Position numbers and translations under genes: made by a program. The notes under the pieces were generated by a model that saw only the letters and a program-made list of their open reading frames with translations, ran no database searches and was not told where the DNA came from. From positions 69,876,001 through 69,940,000 of the forward strand of contig NC_087436.1 in the NCBI RefSeq assembly GCF_036321535.1: 64,000 nt of DNA, given 5' to 3'. This stretch comes from Camelus dromedarius (Eukaryota). Below, one piece after another: positions 1 through 12,964 of this stretch (its first letter is position 1; each line of letters begins with the position of its first letter).

Positions 1-768
1 AGAAATCATCCATAGTAATTGGCAGGAAGACAGATTCACAAATTCAAATTACAGGGTACAGGGAAATATGATGGTAGAACTTGTGAATGATCTCTTTTGA
101 TTTCATCTATTTATTTTTTCATGAAATAAGGGGCAAGGTTATCAACTAAGAGTGAGGATTAGCAGGAAATGTTAGAAATTTGAAGGGGAAGCTATAATAA
201 GAAGATTCAGAAAGTGAACGGATTAAAGAACCTTATTATAATTACCATTCAGCATTAAGAGACACCTATAAGTGGTCATCGACTATGGATTTCTCTGAGT
301 GCAAGAACAAAGTGGATGGAGAGTTAGATTTACTCCAAATTGATGTTTTTCCAAGCAAGTACAATAACGCAAGAGCAGAATAGCAGAATGAGGTAATTAA
401 TGGTGTATGAAAAGGAGGGACTATAGAAATTGTTCATGGACTGTGAGTTGGATGAAAAGGACATTAAGGACTCACAAGGAGTAAGGAAGAGTTAAAAGTT
501 GGTAGGATCAGTGGACTGGAGGTGTTTACAAGGTTAAAGAATTGCTAGAATCAGGGTAGCAGAGGGCTTTGTTTCTAATAGGGATTGTTAGCAAAGGTAT
601 TTTATTTATAGCCATGAAAATGAGTGGCTAAAACAGAACAAGGGATAAGCATATAGGAAAAAAGAGTCAAGGAACTGAGAGAACAAAACTTTCAAAGCGT
701 CTTCTATGTGGACAGGAAATCACCAACAGTTGAAAAAGGAGTGGTTTAGTGAACCAGGAGATAAAATC

Positions 769-1328
769 TGTGATGGTTATTTTTATGTGTCAATTTGACT
801 GAGCCAAGGAGTGCCCAGATTAAACATTATTTCTGAGTGTGTCTGTGATGCTGTTTCTGGATGAGATTAGCATTTAAATTGGTGAACTCAGTAAAGTAGA
901 TCACGCTCCCCAATGTGGGTATGCATCATCCAGTCCTCTTGGATCTGAATAGAAGAAAAAAAGTGGAGGAAGAATGAATTTGCCCCCTTTTGCTTCCTTT
1001 CTTCCTTCCTGTTTTATTTGGGACGTCTATTTTCTCCTGCTTTTGGACAAGGATATACACCATTAGCTACCCTTGTTCTCAGGCCTTGAACTGGACTTGA
1101 TTGCTCTGGGTCTCCAAATTGCAGACAATTCATCCTGAGACTTCTCAGCCTCCATAATCATCTGAACCAATTTGTCATAATAAATCTCTTCATTCATATA
1201 TACACATGTGTGTAGGTTCCATATATATATATATATATATGGATACATGTACATATACATATACATACACATACATATACATATATATGTAACCTATTGC
1301 TTCTGTTTCTCTGAAGAGCTCTAACACA
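769..1328 (+). mobile_element. MLT2-like (ERVL) solo LTR with internal TA/CA microsatellite
   Basis: Begins TGTGATGGTTATTTTTATGTGTCAATTTGACTGAGCC and ends ...TTCTGTTTCTCTGAAGAGCTCTAACACA, matching MLT2 termini as I recall them; TG...CA ends; near-matching 5-bp flanks AAATC/AAATG. Confidence 0.75.
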
Positions 1329-4204
1329 AAATGTTTACAAGATTTGGGGGAGTTATTTAAGTGTCACTAAATGACTAGAGGCACTGGACATGTAGTGGAA
1401 GGTATATAATGACACCAGAGTCCAAGTTGGTGAAAGTTTATAGAGAGACACAAAGTGATCTGAAGCATCAGTAAAGAACAAGGGAGATATCTAACCCATC
1501 TCCAGGTTCAAAGGTGTAAGAGCCATAGAAAAGAGGCAAGATTTTAAACAGTTACAGGTAAAACCATGTCTTCAAGTTGGAGAAGCTTGATTTTAGATAT
1601 TTTGGATGTCATGAGGAATAAAGTGCATAATAAGATTAGTCTTCTTCATGGTCTCAAGGAAATAGTGGTGTTGAGTTTGGGGCTAGGAAGGGGTTAAAGT
1701 CTTGGGGCCTTGGATTCACTCTTATATATTGAGACATGAAGGTTCAAAAAGGGCCAGTCTTACCCCAGGTGGATGAGATTCTACTTTGAGCCCAGTGAGT
1801 ATAGTGACATGAAAAAGGGAGGATTTAACTCGCCTCGGAGTTCCCAGGGCTTCCTCTAGATCTCTGCTGGCCTTACTCTTGCTCCAGGCTATGCATGCTA
1901 TGGAGAAGCATGGGGATCAGACATTCTCTCTTTTTAACACAATCAACTCTTAGAATTCTCATTTCTGAGCCATTGTTCATTCTTTTTCTTACACCTAAAA
2001 AAATCTCACCTAAACTAACTCCAGTCTCAAAACTTACCCAAACTTCAAAGCCAAGAAACTTTCCAAAAAAAAGTTTCCCCCCTGCTCAACCACCAAAATA
2101 ATAGTCTTTTGACTATTGCATAACTCATTGGGCAGATTTTACCTATCGTGCTCCCCATATGTCACTCAGGGCCGGCTGAACCTTAAAGTTATCAGGCACC
2201 CAATTACTACTTGACTAGACATATGAATAAGTAAATGGCAGTGAGCATCATCATCATGTACATTCCTTTCACCCTAGAAGAGATTATAAATTATCTCCTG
2301 CTTTCCACAAGTGCCTTTCACAGACACCCAGTAAGTAGGTGTTGAAATGATAAGTATTCTCATCCATTAACCATATGGTACTAATAAGTTTAAAGATTCA
2401 ATAAAACAAAACAAGAATTCTGTGAAAATCAATTAGAGCTATGCCTATTCACTTTTGCCATGTAAGAATCACAACTACATATGGACACCAAAAAACCATT
2501 TTTCTATCTGTAGCACCTCCTTCAATATGATTATTTTAGTGTATGGGAAAACACTGGTGTTAGCCACATACATATTGTAGAGCACAATTTCCAGAAATAC
2601 TAAGTAAATTCATAACCGGAAATCATATGGAAAAATAAATGAATTTTTCACCTTGACAAGGCAGGGTGAGGGGGGCAATGAATTAGGACATTAGAACTTC
2701 TTGGACTGCAAAAAACAAAATTTCAAAGATGAAGTTTCTTAACAGACAAAGACTTGATTTCATTGTCCCAGGTTCAATTCTGGAAACCATGAGGTGGAAA
2801 TCTTAGCTATCTTAGATCTTATAAAGATGAATTAGTGCCAGCCAGGGATTCTAAGTCTGCTGGCGGCTTACTTCAAACGAAAAGATCTGCAAACATAATC
2901 TCTAACTGAATGAGCATTTCATCCTTACAAATGTATTATTGCACTAGCTTTCCAGCAATTACTTTAGTTCACTTAAAGAGCAATATTTAATATCATGGGA
3001 ATGGTATTTCCAAACTACTAAAGTGATAAGATTATAATCGTTCAACACATAACACGTTGCTTTTGATCTGAAGGTAATTGTTATGTACATAGATGCTTAG
3101 TGCATCAACACTCTGCCTGATTAAAAGAACAATCCAGTGAGTCTTGGACATAACTTTGGGGATTCAGTATTTGTTCCAATGCTTAATAAAAGTATTAAGA
3201 CGATCCAGAGGATAGGGAAAATTGAAGAAGACTGAAGGAAAAAAAAATGATGTTAGACTTATTCGCCTTTCTACCTAGTTAGCCCTGTATGTCACAACAT
3301 TAGGGCTACCTGATATGAAAGAAGTATGTGGGGAAAAAAAAAAAAAGATATAATTACCATTAAGCAAATTTTTAGGTATCCTCAAATGAAAAGAGAAAGT
3401 AAGCCAATTAAATTCAGAATGAGTGTCCATGTTGTCTGATAAAATTACTGTTAACACCACGCCTTGTATAGCATAAACCGAAAGTCAACAACAATTTAAT
3501 TTCAAAATTTTTATGGTGGTTTTAAAATATATATCAATGAATCACCTCAGCAAGTGACACAATAGCAATAATATAGTTTGGTGGATTTCAGGTAAATAGA
3601 CAATTAGCTTCAGAAACTGAAGTTAAAAGCCATATCGGCCAGTGTTGAGTTTACCAAGGGAAGTAGGTATTTAAGAGATCAGCATAACTTCTGTACAAAT
3701 CATACAGCAAAGAAAAACAGACTGTCATAAGCATGTTATTTTTTAAAATTTTTTCTTCTATGTTATAAACATATTTTTCACACACTCAAACAAACACAAT
3801 TCTGTCCTTAGGAAAACCACAGCCTCCTAAGGTGAATCCCGACTTAAGTTACTAAATGGTAAAACATGTTAAACGCTATCACAGTGAATTCAAATTTTGC
3901 TGTGTAAGCAGAGAAAGGAACAACTGAGAAAAACAAGAGAATAGGGAAGAAGCAGCACTAGAAGCTAGGGAGTTAATTTTTTTAAAGGCTTTTATATTTA
4001 AAATATGAGCCTTGCCCTGTTCAATCTGAAGATAAGCTAACAGGTTCACTCTGTGCCTGAGAGATGCATGCACACAGCTAACAGATTTCACCTCCTTTCT
4101 TTTGTTTGGGGATTAGCTCAGAAGGGATCCCTTATATGTGAAACTTTTTCTCTCCCCCACTGAAATAAAGGAAGAAGAACGAGGAGCGTGCGTTTCTTTC
4201 CTAG

Positions 4205-4312
4205 ATTCAAACCTTCTCATCATGGATTTTATCTTCGTGCATTGCTGAACCAGGCTGATTTGGTCAAGAGTTGTAGCTTGAAGGTGGCTTAAAGGAAAGC
4301 TTCATTTGCAAG
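4205..4312 (+). other. Candidate 5' non-coding exon of the giant SCPP-like gene
   Basis: Pyrimidine tract plus AG (gtttctttcctag) before 4205 and donor AAG|gtaaat after 4312; lies just upstream of the signal-peptide exon. Splice motifs are the only support. Confidence 0.3.
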
Positions 4313-4889
4313 GTAAATGATTGAATAAATTAGACGGTTCAGAGCCATTCTTTCTTCAAATACCTACTCTTTCTGATAACCCATTGGCATGAGGAATCTA
4401 CTTAGATATGTATATTTAAACTCTGGCTAAATACACATTCAGTAAATTAACTTTTGTCTAAATAGTCCTCAAAAATGCAACAAATAGATTACGTACCTAT
4501 TATTAACATGAGAATAAGAATGAATTTTTACGATGGAGGCCTCACTGAAGTACTCTGTCCAAATGTATCTGCTAGTTAGATTGTTTACTCCTTGATTGTC
4601 TCTAAGCTTTAAAGAATAGTTAAAACTCTTCCTATTCTCGTTAATTGGTAAAAATGAGATTGACTGCAGCAAACAGAGTAGCCTAATCCACTTATTATCA
4701 CTTCTAATAATGCACTAGAATTTCTTAAGTGCTGTCTTTGTCTTTTTAATCAAGTGAGCATGTAAGTTAAGGTCAACTATTTAAGTACAATAAAGATTCC
4801 TGATTTTTTAAATTGTCATTTAAATTGTCAATGAGTTAATGTAACATGGGACAATCTTGCATCTTAGTCGCCTGGAAGAACAAGACAAA

Positions 4890-4943
4890 ATGAAGACCCT
4901 AGTCCTGACACTGACCATCTTGAATTTTGTGGCTTACTGCCCG
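4890..4943 (+). CDS. Signal-peptide exon of the giant gene (MKTLVLTLTILNFVAYCP)
   Basis: aaaATG start, M-K-hydrophobic core, 18 codons, strong phase-0 donor CCG|gtgagt. Same 54-nt length as the SMR3-like signal exon at 49993-50046. Confidence 0.8.
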
Positions 4944-5487
4944 GTGAGTCTCAGTATTTTGAATAACAGTATATTTATGGAACTGAAAAATTATATGGAG
5001 GAAAAAAAATGTATTTAGAGCTTCAGCTTATGTTTAATGCAAGAAATAACATTTTGCTAAACAAAACATCATTGTATTTTTAATATTCTATTTTCTATTT
5101 ATAAATTTCCTTCTTTTAAAATTAATCATATACATATGAAGTAAAGATAACAGAAGTTATAATGCATGATAGCATAAGATTTGAAGGGGCTTCTCCTTGC
5201 TTTTTTATACTATAAGAGATTCCTTACTGAAAGTTTGCTATCGGACACCTGGATTTATATTTACAGAAGGTACATAACCCTAACATATTAACTGTTCCTT
5301 TTCACATTGATATTGTGTATTTCTAACTTGATTGACTTAACAACCAATGGATAAAGAGAAAGCAGAGACCTTCAGAATGATGCTTTATTTGATCAATTTA
5401 ACGATGTGACAAGTGATTTCAGGTTTTTAGTAAAACATAATCTACAAGGTGAACCTCACAAAAAATATTGTACTTCTTTCCCTTTAG

Positions 5488-5790
5488 TATAATGGGAGTC
5501 AGGAAATAAACAATCAGACAAATCAACATTTGTCTGCCAATCTGCCTTTGTCCTCACCAGTCAGCCACTCAGCAAGTCAATTCTCATCCCTTCTAAGAAC
5601 AAAAGAAAATTCTGCACCTACAGACAATTCAAAGAGCTACTCTGAGTCTACTGACAGAGGAACAAAGCTTTCTGGATCTCTTTCGAAGAGAAACCACTCA
5701 GAGACGCTTCAAGCTAGGATATATAACCTTTCCCCATTTGGGGGTGATGCACCAAGTAACTCTTCAACCAACCAACCAGACTTCAGCTAG
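5488..5790 (+). CDS. Start of the giant exon (YNGSQEINNQTNQHLSANLP...), open for 100 codons to TAG
   Basis: Acceptor tacttctttccctttag| at 5487/5488, in frame with the listed ORF 5530-5790 (offset 42 nt). The spliced product would be 118 aa. Confidence 0.65.
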   Translation, partial: YNGSQEINNQTNQHLSANLPLSSPVSHSASQFSSLLRTKENSAPTDNSKSYSESTDRGTKLSGSLSKRNHSETLQARIYNLSPFGGDAPSNSSTNQPDFS

Positions 5791-6062
5791 CTTTGCTTAT
5801 ACTGAGGACACAGTAGACAACTCTATTCCAGCAGAGGCTCCAAACAGCAATGTGTCACCTTCATACGCTGCTATGCAGGATGCTTCTGTGGTCAGTATCA
5901 CAATTTCCAGATTTTCACCCAACTCCAGAATAACACAGAGCAGGATGACTGTTTCTGGGGAAAACAGCATCTCAGCACCTGTATCCATGACTACCCATTA
6001 GTTTAAACCTGATTCCACTGTTACTTCCTACTTTCAGACAGACTCCAAAACAATTCAGAGTC

Positions 6063-8132
6063 TTGAACCTTTCTTCCCATTCACTGGAAGATCTAAACAA
6101 GTTTGCCCCTAATCTTGCCACGTACATCCAAAATGCTGAGAATAAGTTCAGTGCCTCTGCAGATGACGGTACCATTGTCATGTCAAATGCAAACAACTTT
6201 CACATGGAAGAAGCAGGACCAGACAGTACACCCTTTATTGGTACCACATCCCTTATGAAGGAAGGCAATACAGCAAAAATTGATGCCACAGACATTCTAG
6301 AAGACTACACAACTCTGCTTGATGTTCCTGACATGGAGGACAAAAACATAATTATAATCGATACTAAATACCTAGGAAGATTTGGCAAAACTGTGAGCAA
6401 TGCTCCTGAAATTTCACAGAAAGACAATTCTATTGTAATTGATGCCACAAACATGAAGGATCATGGTAGAACTATAGTTGATGTTCAAACATCTAGCATT
6501 TTATCTGCAAATAGTATCAATGACTTTGAATCTATTCCTATTCCGAGTACTTACAACAAAGCCAATACCAAATCTATCATGACTGGCACTGACACTGATG
6601 AAGCTATTTCCAATATCAAACCCATTAATACTACAAAGTCTTTTCCTAATTATAGAATATATAAGAAAATCAATAATGTTATTAGTAATTCCAATGATAT
6701 CAAAATAATATTAGATGTACCTAAAAATACTATGCATGTGGGGGACATAATTATTTCCAAAACAAATGACATCACTTCTACAAAGCATTATGCTAACCCT
6801 AACTCCATAAAGCCAATGACTAACACCAACACGAACTTTAAAATAACTTGGCCTTTAAAGGAAGGTACAATAATAGAGGGCAAACACACTGTTCAAATGG
6901 AAAACATCACAACACATAACAATAACAATATTGCTAAAACACCTGGATCCAAATTAAATGGTTCAGTAATTAAGTACCATTCTAATATTCCTGCCAATGT
7001 ACACCTTAAAACTGTTAGAAACTATTTTAATTTTGTGAATACTGATCAAATTGAGAATTTCAGTCCTGTGGTCCAAGAAACTGTGAACATGGATCAAGAC
7101 GATGGAGTTGTAGAGGAAGTCATCTTCATTCGTCCAGATACTCCCACAACAGAAATTAGAAGGAAAGGTTACTCTCTTAACCCTGATGCAAATTATATCC
7201 AAGCAGCAGGAAGCAAAATCATCCCCTCTTCTTACATTGCCAATATGTTCAATCCCCTATTCAAAGATAAAACAAAGCCTTTTACAATGGACAGCACAAA
7301 CCTCATTAACAACAGAGGTGACCACAGAACTCCCACCACAATTACAACAAATGATGCCAAAGCCAAAACAGATGTTGAAAGAGCTGCTGTGTTTAAAACA
7401 GCCAATTTCCAGAGTAATATCATCCCTATAGTTTCTGTCACTCACCCTGGAACTGTTGGGTCTGTTGATTTTAGTGAAGACAGTGTAGCTGACATGACCT
7501 CAGATTCAAAGGTCACTATCACTCTTTCAGATAAATCTACTGACTCTGTGGATGAAATCATTAATCTTTCTCATAACAACAAGCATGCCGATGATGCTGC
7601 AGGTCCCAACCCTGAAACAGACTTTCTTATGTACAAAGGATACACTTGTCTGTCAGTAGCAGAGTCATCCACCCTAATGCCCAGTGCTCAAAATAATCAA
7701 GCTCAAAACTCTCTGCTAATTAAAGGTGACTCCTTGACTGAAGTTTGGGTATCAGATCCTGTGGCTAAAAATCCTCATGTCAATGATACCATGATACAAA
7801 AATGGAAAATCAATAAAGTATCAGATCCTTTGAAAATTCCACTGGAGTCTACTTCTCTTACAGCTGATTTCACCTCTCCCAACGATCAATACAATGCCAC
7901 TGCCAATGCAGGTAAGGGGACCACAAATAGGACTGACAGCTCTGAACTGATGATTAACAAGGCCACCATTCCAGAAGGAAGGCCCACCATAGCCATTACC
8001 CCACTGCCTGCAAAGACAGCTGTTATTCTTACACCAAGAAAAAGATTTGGAAGTTTCATAGACAAAGAAATGGCTAATGAAGAAGAATCAACCCCCTCCT
8101 CAGAAGTAAAGTCTGCAGGAAGATGCAGATAA
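6063..8132 (+). pseudogene. Giant exon segment, 689-codon ORF
   Basis: Long S/T/N/D-rich ORF that overlaps the next ORF by a frameshift at about 8120. Confidence 0.75.
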
Positions 8133-9490
8133 AAGAACATCTTCCACCTGCACATAATTTCAAGTACTTTGAATCAGGAGAGAGTGGCTTTAAAAGGAAT
8201 GGATTTGTGTCTGTTGACGCCACAAAGTCTCTTTCCCAATTAACTAGCAGTGCACCTACTGCTGAAATAACAATAAGTGACACTGACCTCTCCACTGCTG
8301 GGGAAGAAAACGATGTTCTACATGGTGTCACTAAACCTGAAAATGACAAAATATATTTTCAGACATTGGCCGCCAAAACAATAGCTAATGGCTTGGGTGA
8401 AAGTGTAGCTGTGAAACAGAATGTGGAAGGAGCAGAAGGCACTGAATTCCTTCCACCTAGCAGTTCTATCCCCCAAACTGGGAGAATGGATAATCCCATA
8501 CTCCATAACTTATACTATAATGTAATCACTGATAATCCACTTACTATCACCAAAGAGAACTCAAATGTTGCTCAGAACATCATAAAGCATAAACCATCAC
8601 TCTCCACAGTGGACAATGCAGATTTTATTGATTACAGAGATGGCCATCAGACCCCTGCTGCCATCAGTGCAAGCAATGCCAAGAGACTGGCCAATAAAGG
8701 TAAAATGGCTGGGTCTCAAACAACGAATATCCCTCTTAGCATTACTCCTGTATCTGGTGATAGTTCCTATGTGAATAAAAACACCAAAGTTACAACAGAT
8801 TTGGCTTCAATAGCTGCCACCTCACCAATAAAGAGAGGCATTCTTGCCATGAATGAAGTTAATACTTTTAACAATAAACCTAATAAACTAGGAGATGACC
8901 TAACCATTTCCAGAGAAGATCTCAATGCGTCTAGAGATGACGGCACTTTGTTAATGGCTGATTCTTCTACCTTGAAGTCTGTTGCTCCTCTCAATCAGCC
9001 TCAAGCAACAAACCTTGCAAAAGAGATCTCTTCAGCAGATATTATAATACCAAAAACTTCTCATAAGTCTATGCCAGCAGCTTTGACTGTCACCACTGCT
9101 GCTCAAGGAGGTGCTGACACCATGTTTTATGTCCCAAGATATGAATCTAAAAATTCTTTCAAGGAAGATACAACATTGAACTACAAAGCAGATCCCCAAG
9201 CAGACATAGGCATTACGGCAGAGGACAAAGATATACTTAAAGAAGAAAATTCAGAGACCATGTTTATGTTATACCTACTGCAAATTATAATGTTCCTAAA
9301 GGCAACAGCTTGGCAGATAAACATTATTCTCTTAACTCTGATGTATATAGCTCCACCAGTTTCAAAGGGTCAACCAAAACCACAGCTGACCAACTTGAAT
9401 TTGAGAATCCTGCATCAACCTATACGACTGAAGTCTCAAAACCTCTACTTGGAAAATTTACTTCTGAGTCTCAAGGAAAAGTGTTTGTGA
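8123..9490 (+). pseudogene. Giant exon segment, 455-codon ORF (true frame switches at about 9250)
   Basis: S/T-rich until about 9250; the tail after that is out of frame, while the alternative frame reads DHVYVIPTANYNVPKGNSLADK into the next ORF. Confidence 0.7.
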
Positions 9491-12400
9491 GAAACAGTAA
9501 TACTCATTTTGAAAATGATGAATTCTTTGATGATGATATTCTTTATCCAATGATGGAAGAAAATGTCCCAAAAGGATATGACTTTTCCCCTGAAAGAAGA
9601 TCTACTTTTACAACACCAAATTTTATGATTCCAATGAAAGATAAGATAAATCCTGCTCTGGGCCACACTGTCGTACTAGGTAAAGGAATTTCCAGAAAAA
9701 AATTTGCATTCTATACTAATGAACAAACAGATCTAGGAACAGAAAAAGACCAAATTGCTACAGGTAGCGTAACCAATTCTTATACCCTCATTATACCTAT
9801 GACCTTCTCCACTCCTGTCTCCTCTAAAAACATAAATGTGGAAAATGATTACCATATATCTGAAACGGGTATTCCTTTATCACTGGGATATGCAAATACG
9901 TTGGGAGATGATTCCTTTATTCTTTGGCCTGGAACTACTCCAGCAAAGGAAAATAATCTAAATGCTATGGAGTGGATCATCATCGAACCTGATAAAAGTG
10001 ATTCTGAATATACTTCAAGTAAGCATGCCTTTGAACTATGGAAGGAAAAAAATCATCTTATTAAAAAACCTATTCAATTTACATGGGGACCAAATGGATT
10101 TGTATCTCAAACACCATCCTCTAAAGATGAGGCCTCAAAGAGTCTTCTGTACAGAATAATTCACCCTGAGTTTGAAACTAAAGACAAATATCAAAACACC
10201 ATTCTCAAAGAAGAAAATATGGACTCTAATATTGTTGACACTTCTTTCAAAGATGACTCCAAAATCTTCAACACTCAGCATCTGAAAACCATGGCACCCT
10301 CCTTAACAGATACAGCTGAGACTGTTCCCCCTGAGCTTCTAAAAAGATCATCTGCGGAAAAAGGCACTCTATATGAAGATGATGACATCGTCATTCTCCC
10401 TGAAGATTCTGGTTTGGGAAATAAAAAAATCAAGTGTCTCTTTTTACCACACACAGAAACAATTGTTACCATGGGAGAGAGCAGAACATTTGGCACCATC
10501 CCCACTGATTATGCTGTGACCACCACATCCATAAAAAGTCAAGGCCATTTCTACAAAAAAGGCATTTCATCCAATGTTGGTAACACATCTGCTCCAGAAT
10601 TGGCAGACACCACCACATCAAAAAACTCAAAAGTCAATGAAAATAAAATGGACTTAGCTGAAGTGGAACCTTCAGAAGATTACATTAACCACTTGGCTCA
10701 TGATATTGCCTCCCAACCTGAGAATATCTCTTCTGGTGGTGATGTTACTAAGGGTATAATCAAAACAGCCTCGGTAGCTTCTCTTAGTCCTATTAATACC
10801 ACCAAAAAGACAACAAATGCCACCACCATTTCACTTAATGTCGTCTCTGCCTTTGACTCTAAGGAAAGCGATAAAAATGATGACTCCACCATGCCTGAGG
10901 CAGATGGTGTTCTGTCCATAAAATTAAAATCTCTATTAATTCCCAATCAGAAAAGACCTAGAACTGCAGTTGTTCTTAGTGAAGACGATTCTTTATCAAA
11001 TAAATCTGTGACAGTAGAGGCATCAGAGCTGCGGGGTGAACACTCTACTATCAGGGACCAAAACTGGAAAATCACCAAGGTGCAAGGTGACCCTCAGCTC
11101 TTCTCCATGGTCTCCTCTGTTCCTCTGGAAAATCCTATTACTTTTTCAGAGAATTCTATAAATATACTCACTGACATGCCTACCACTGAAAATGGGAGCA
11201 TTAATGATAATGCTGACACCATAGCCTTTTCACCTAACATAGCCCTTCAACCCATAATCCCAGAAAAGGAGCAGATAAATAAAACTTCTGACTATGCTGT
11301 GAGTCATCATGTAAATAAAGCAGTTATCAGTCCATCTGCAAAAGAAATCACTATCTCAGGAAGTGAGGTTAATGAATTGTTCAGTAAAGCTAAGGCTATT
11401 GTAGAAGATAAGTCCTGTATTTCTGAAGCCAAAATTCCAGTGAACTTAAGAGAGGTAAATTCAGCAAACATTAATCCTTTTATTCTTAAAATTGATGTTA
11501 CTCCTGCTGAACAGAAGGTACCTGGAACTTTTAAGGAAACATTTTATCCTGATTCCACAATAAGCACAACAAAGCTGACAAAGGCCAAGGCTAGGGGCTC
11601 ATCTTCTCTTGATAATGGTAACTTAGAGAGGTCTGTCACCAACTCTTACAGCAAGTTATATCATCTACCCCAGAAACCAACTCTTCTTCTTACTGATTTT
11701 GTTGCTAATGTTATTAAAATCAATAATTCTGAACTTGATCCAGCGCTTATTACTGGAGAGAGCAACATAAAAATGACCGATGAGTCTATAATATCTAAAG
11801 ATGTAACTGTTCTACCTAAAAAAGAAATCATTTCATCTGACAATATTATATTTACTTATGACAAAAGGAACATTATAAATGGAAAAAGATACATAGATTC
11901 TGCAGAAAAAGATAATGTAACTCCATATGAAGTAACTCCTCTTAAAAAAGACTTTTCAGCAGAATCAGATGTGGTTTTACTGGCAGAGGAAAACAATCCA
12001 AATAATATGAATCTAATGACCATTGAGCTTGACAACAGTACTCTTAAATATTCATCAGAGGAAAATTCCTTTTATGTTGGAGAAGGAAAGAGCCCCACAA
12101 CAAAAACACCTACCTTTGTTCAAAGGCTCCATAGATTTGCATCTCATGTTCCCTTCCACACACCTGTCACTGAAAGTCTACTGAATGAAAATCCTGTAGA
12201 ACTCAAAACTAAAGAAAACCACCAAACACTGATCTCCAGAAAAGGAAACTCTGATTCTGATAATGTTGGTTCCTTTCTCAAAGATTATACCACCAAGTTC
12301 AGAAGTAAGTTACCTAGAGCCACAACTCACTCCCTAACCAATGGAAACAGAAAAAATTTCCCCAAGTTTCTAGATGATTTATCTCCAGCAAGCAGCACCC

Positions 12401-12600
12401 TAAGTGAAAATGGGATTATTATCAATCTTCCAGAAGGCAAAAGTGTTGAGCATATTAATGCTCCAGGCCCAAAATCAGTGCAAACTGTGGGAGAAAGCAG
12501 GATGTTCCCAGATGTAGTCACTGATCTCACCAGCAGCACAAATCCAATAATAAGCAAAGATCAGCTCTACAGGAGATACAGCTCATTCACTACTCTTTAA
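9310..12600 (+). pseudogene. Giant exon segment, 1096-codon ORF (repeat units 1-2)
   Basis: Long ORF ending at TAA 12598-12600; the same frame continues as 12619-12849. Confidence 0.75.
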
Positions 12601-12964
12601 GACCAGAGGGTACCCACTATGTCACCCACGTCAGAATACAATCAAGACAAAACTTTCAAGGAAGAGAGTTACCATTCACAGGATGCCACTGCTCCTTTAG
12701 TTACATTCAGTGTCAACCTTGATAACGAACTTCCTTTGGTTGATGAAGATTCTGTGAATAAAGAAAACAGGGCTTCAGTTTCTTTTTTACCTATGAAATC
12801 AACTCACAATATGGCTGATACCATTGCTCTTTCCCGAGAACAGTTATGAATGGGGTGATCCTATGCGACCTAGTGAAAATGTTAGGGCTAGAGAATCCCC
12901 ATTTCCACTAACGACTGAAAATATCATTCTCACACCCCAAGTCTTAACTTAGGATTCTGTTCTA

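Noticed and set aside
1895..2101. Lys/Pro-rich short ORF as a possible SCPP exon relic
   Set aside because: No valid acceptor AG or signal exon found; lies among degenerate old-repeat-like sequence.
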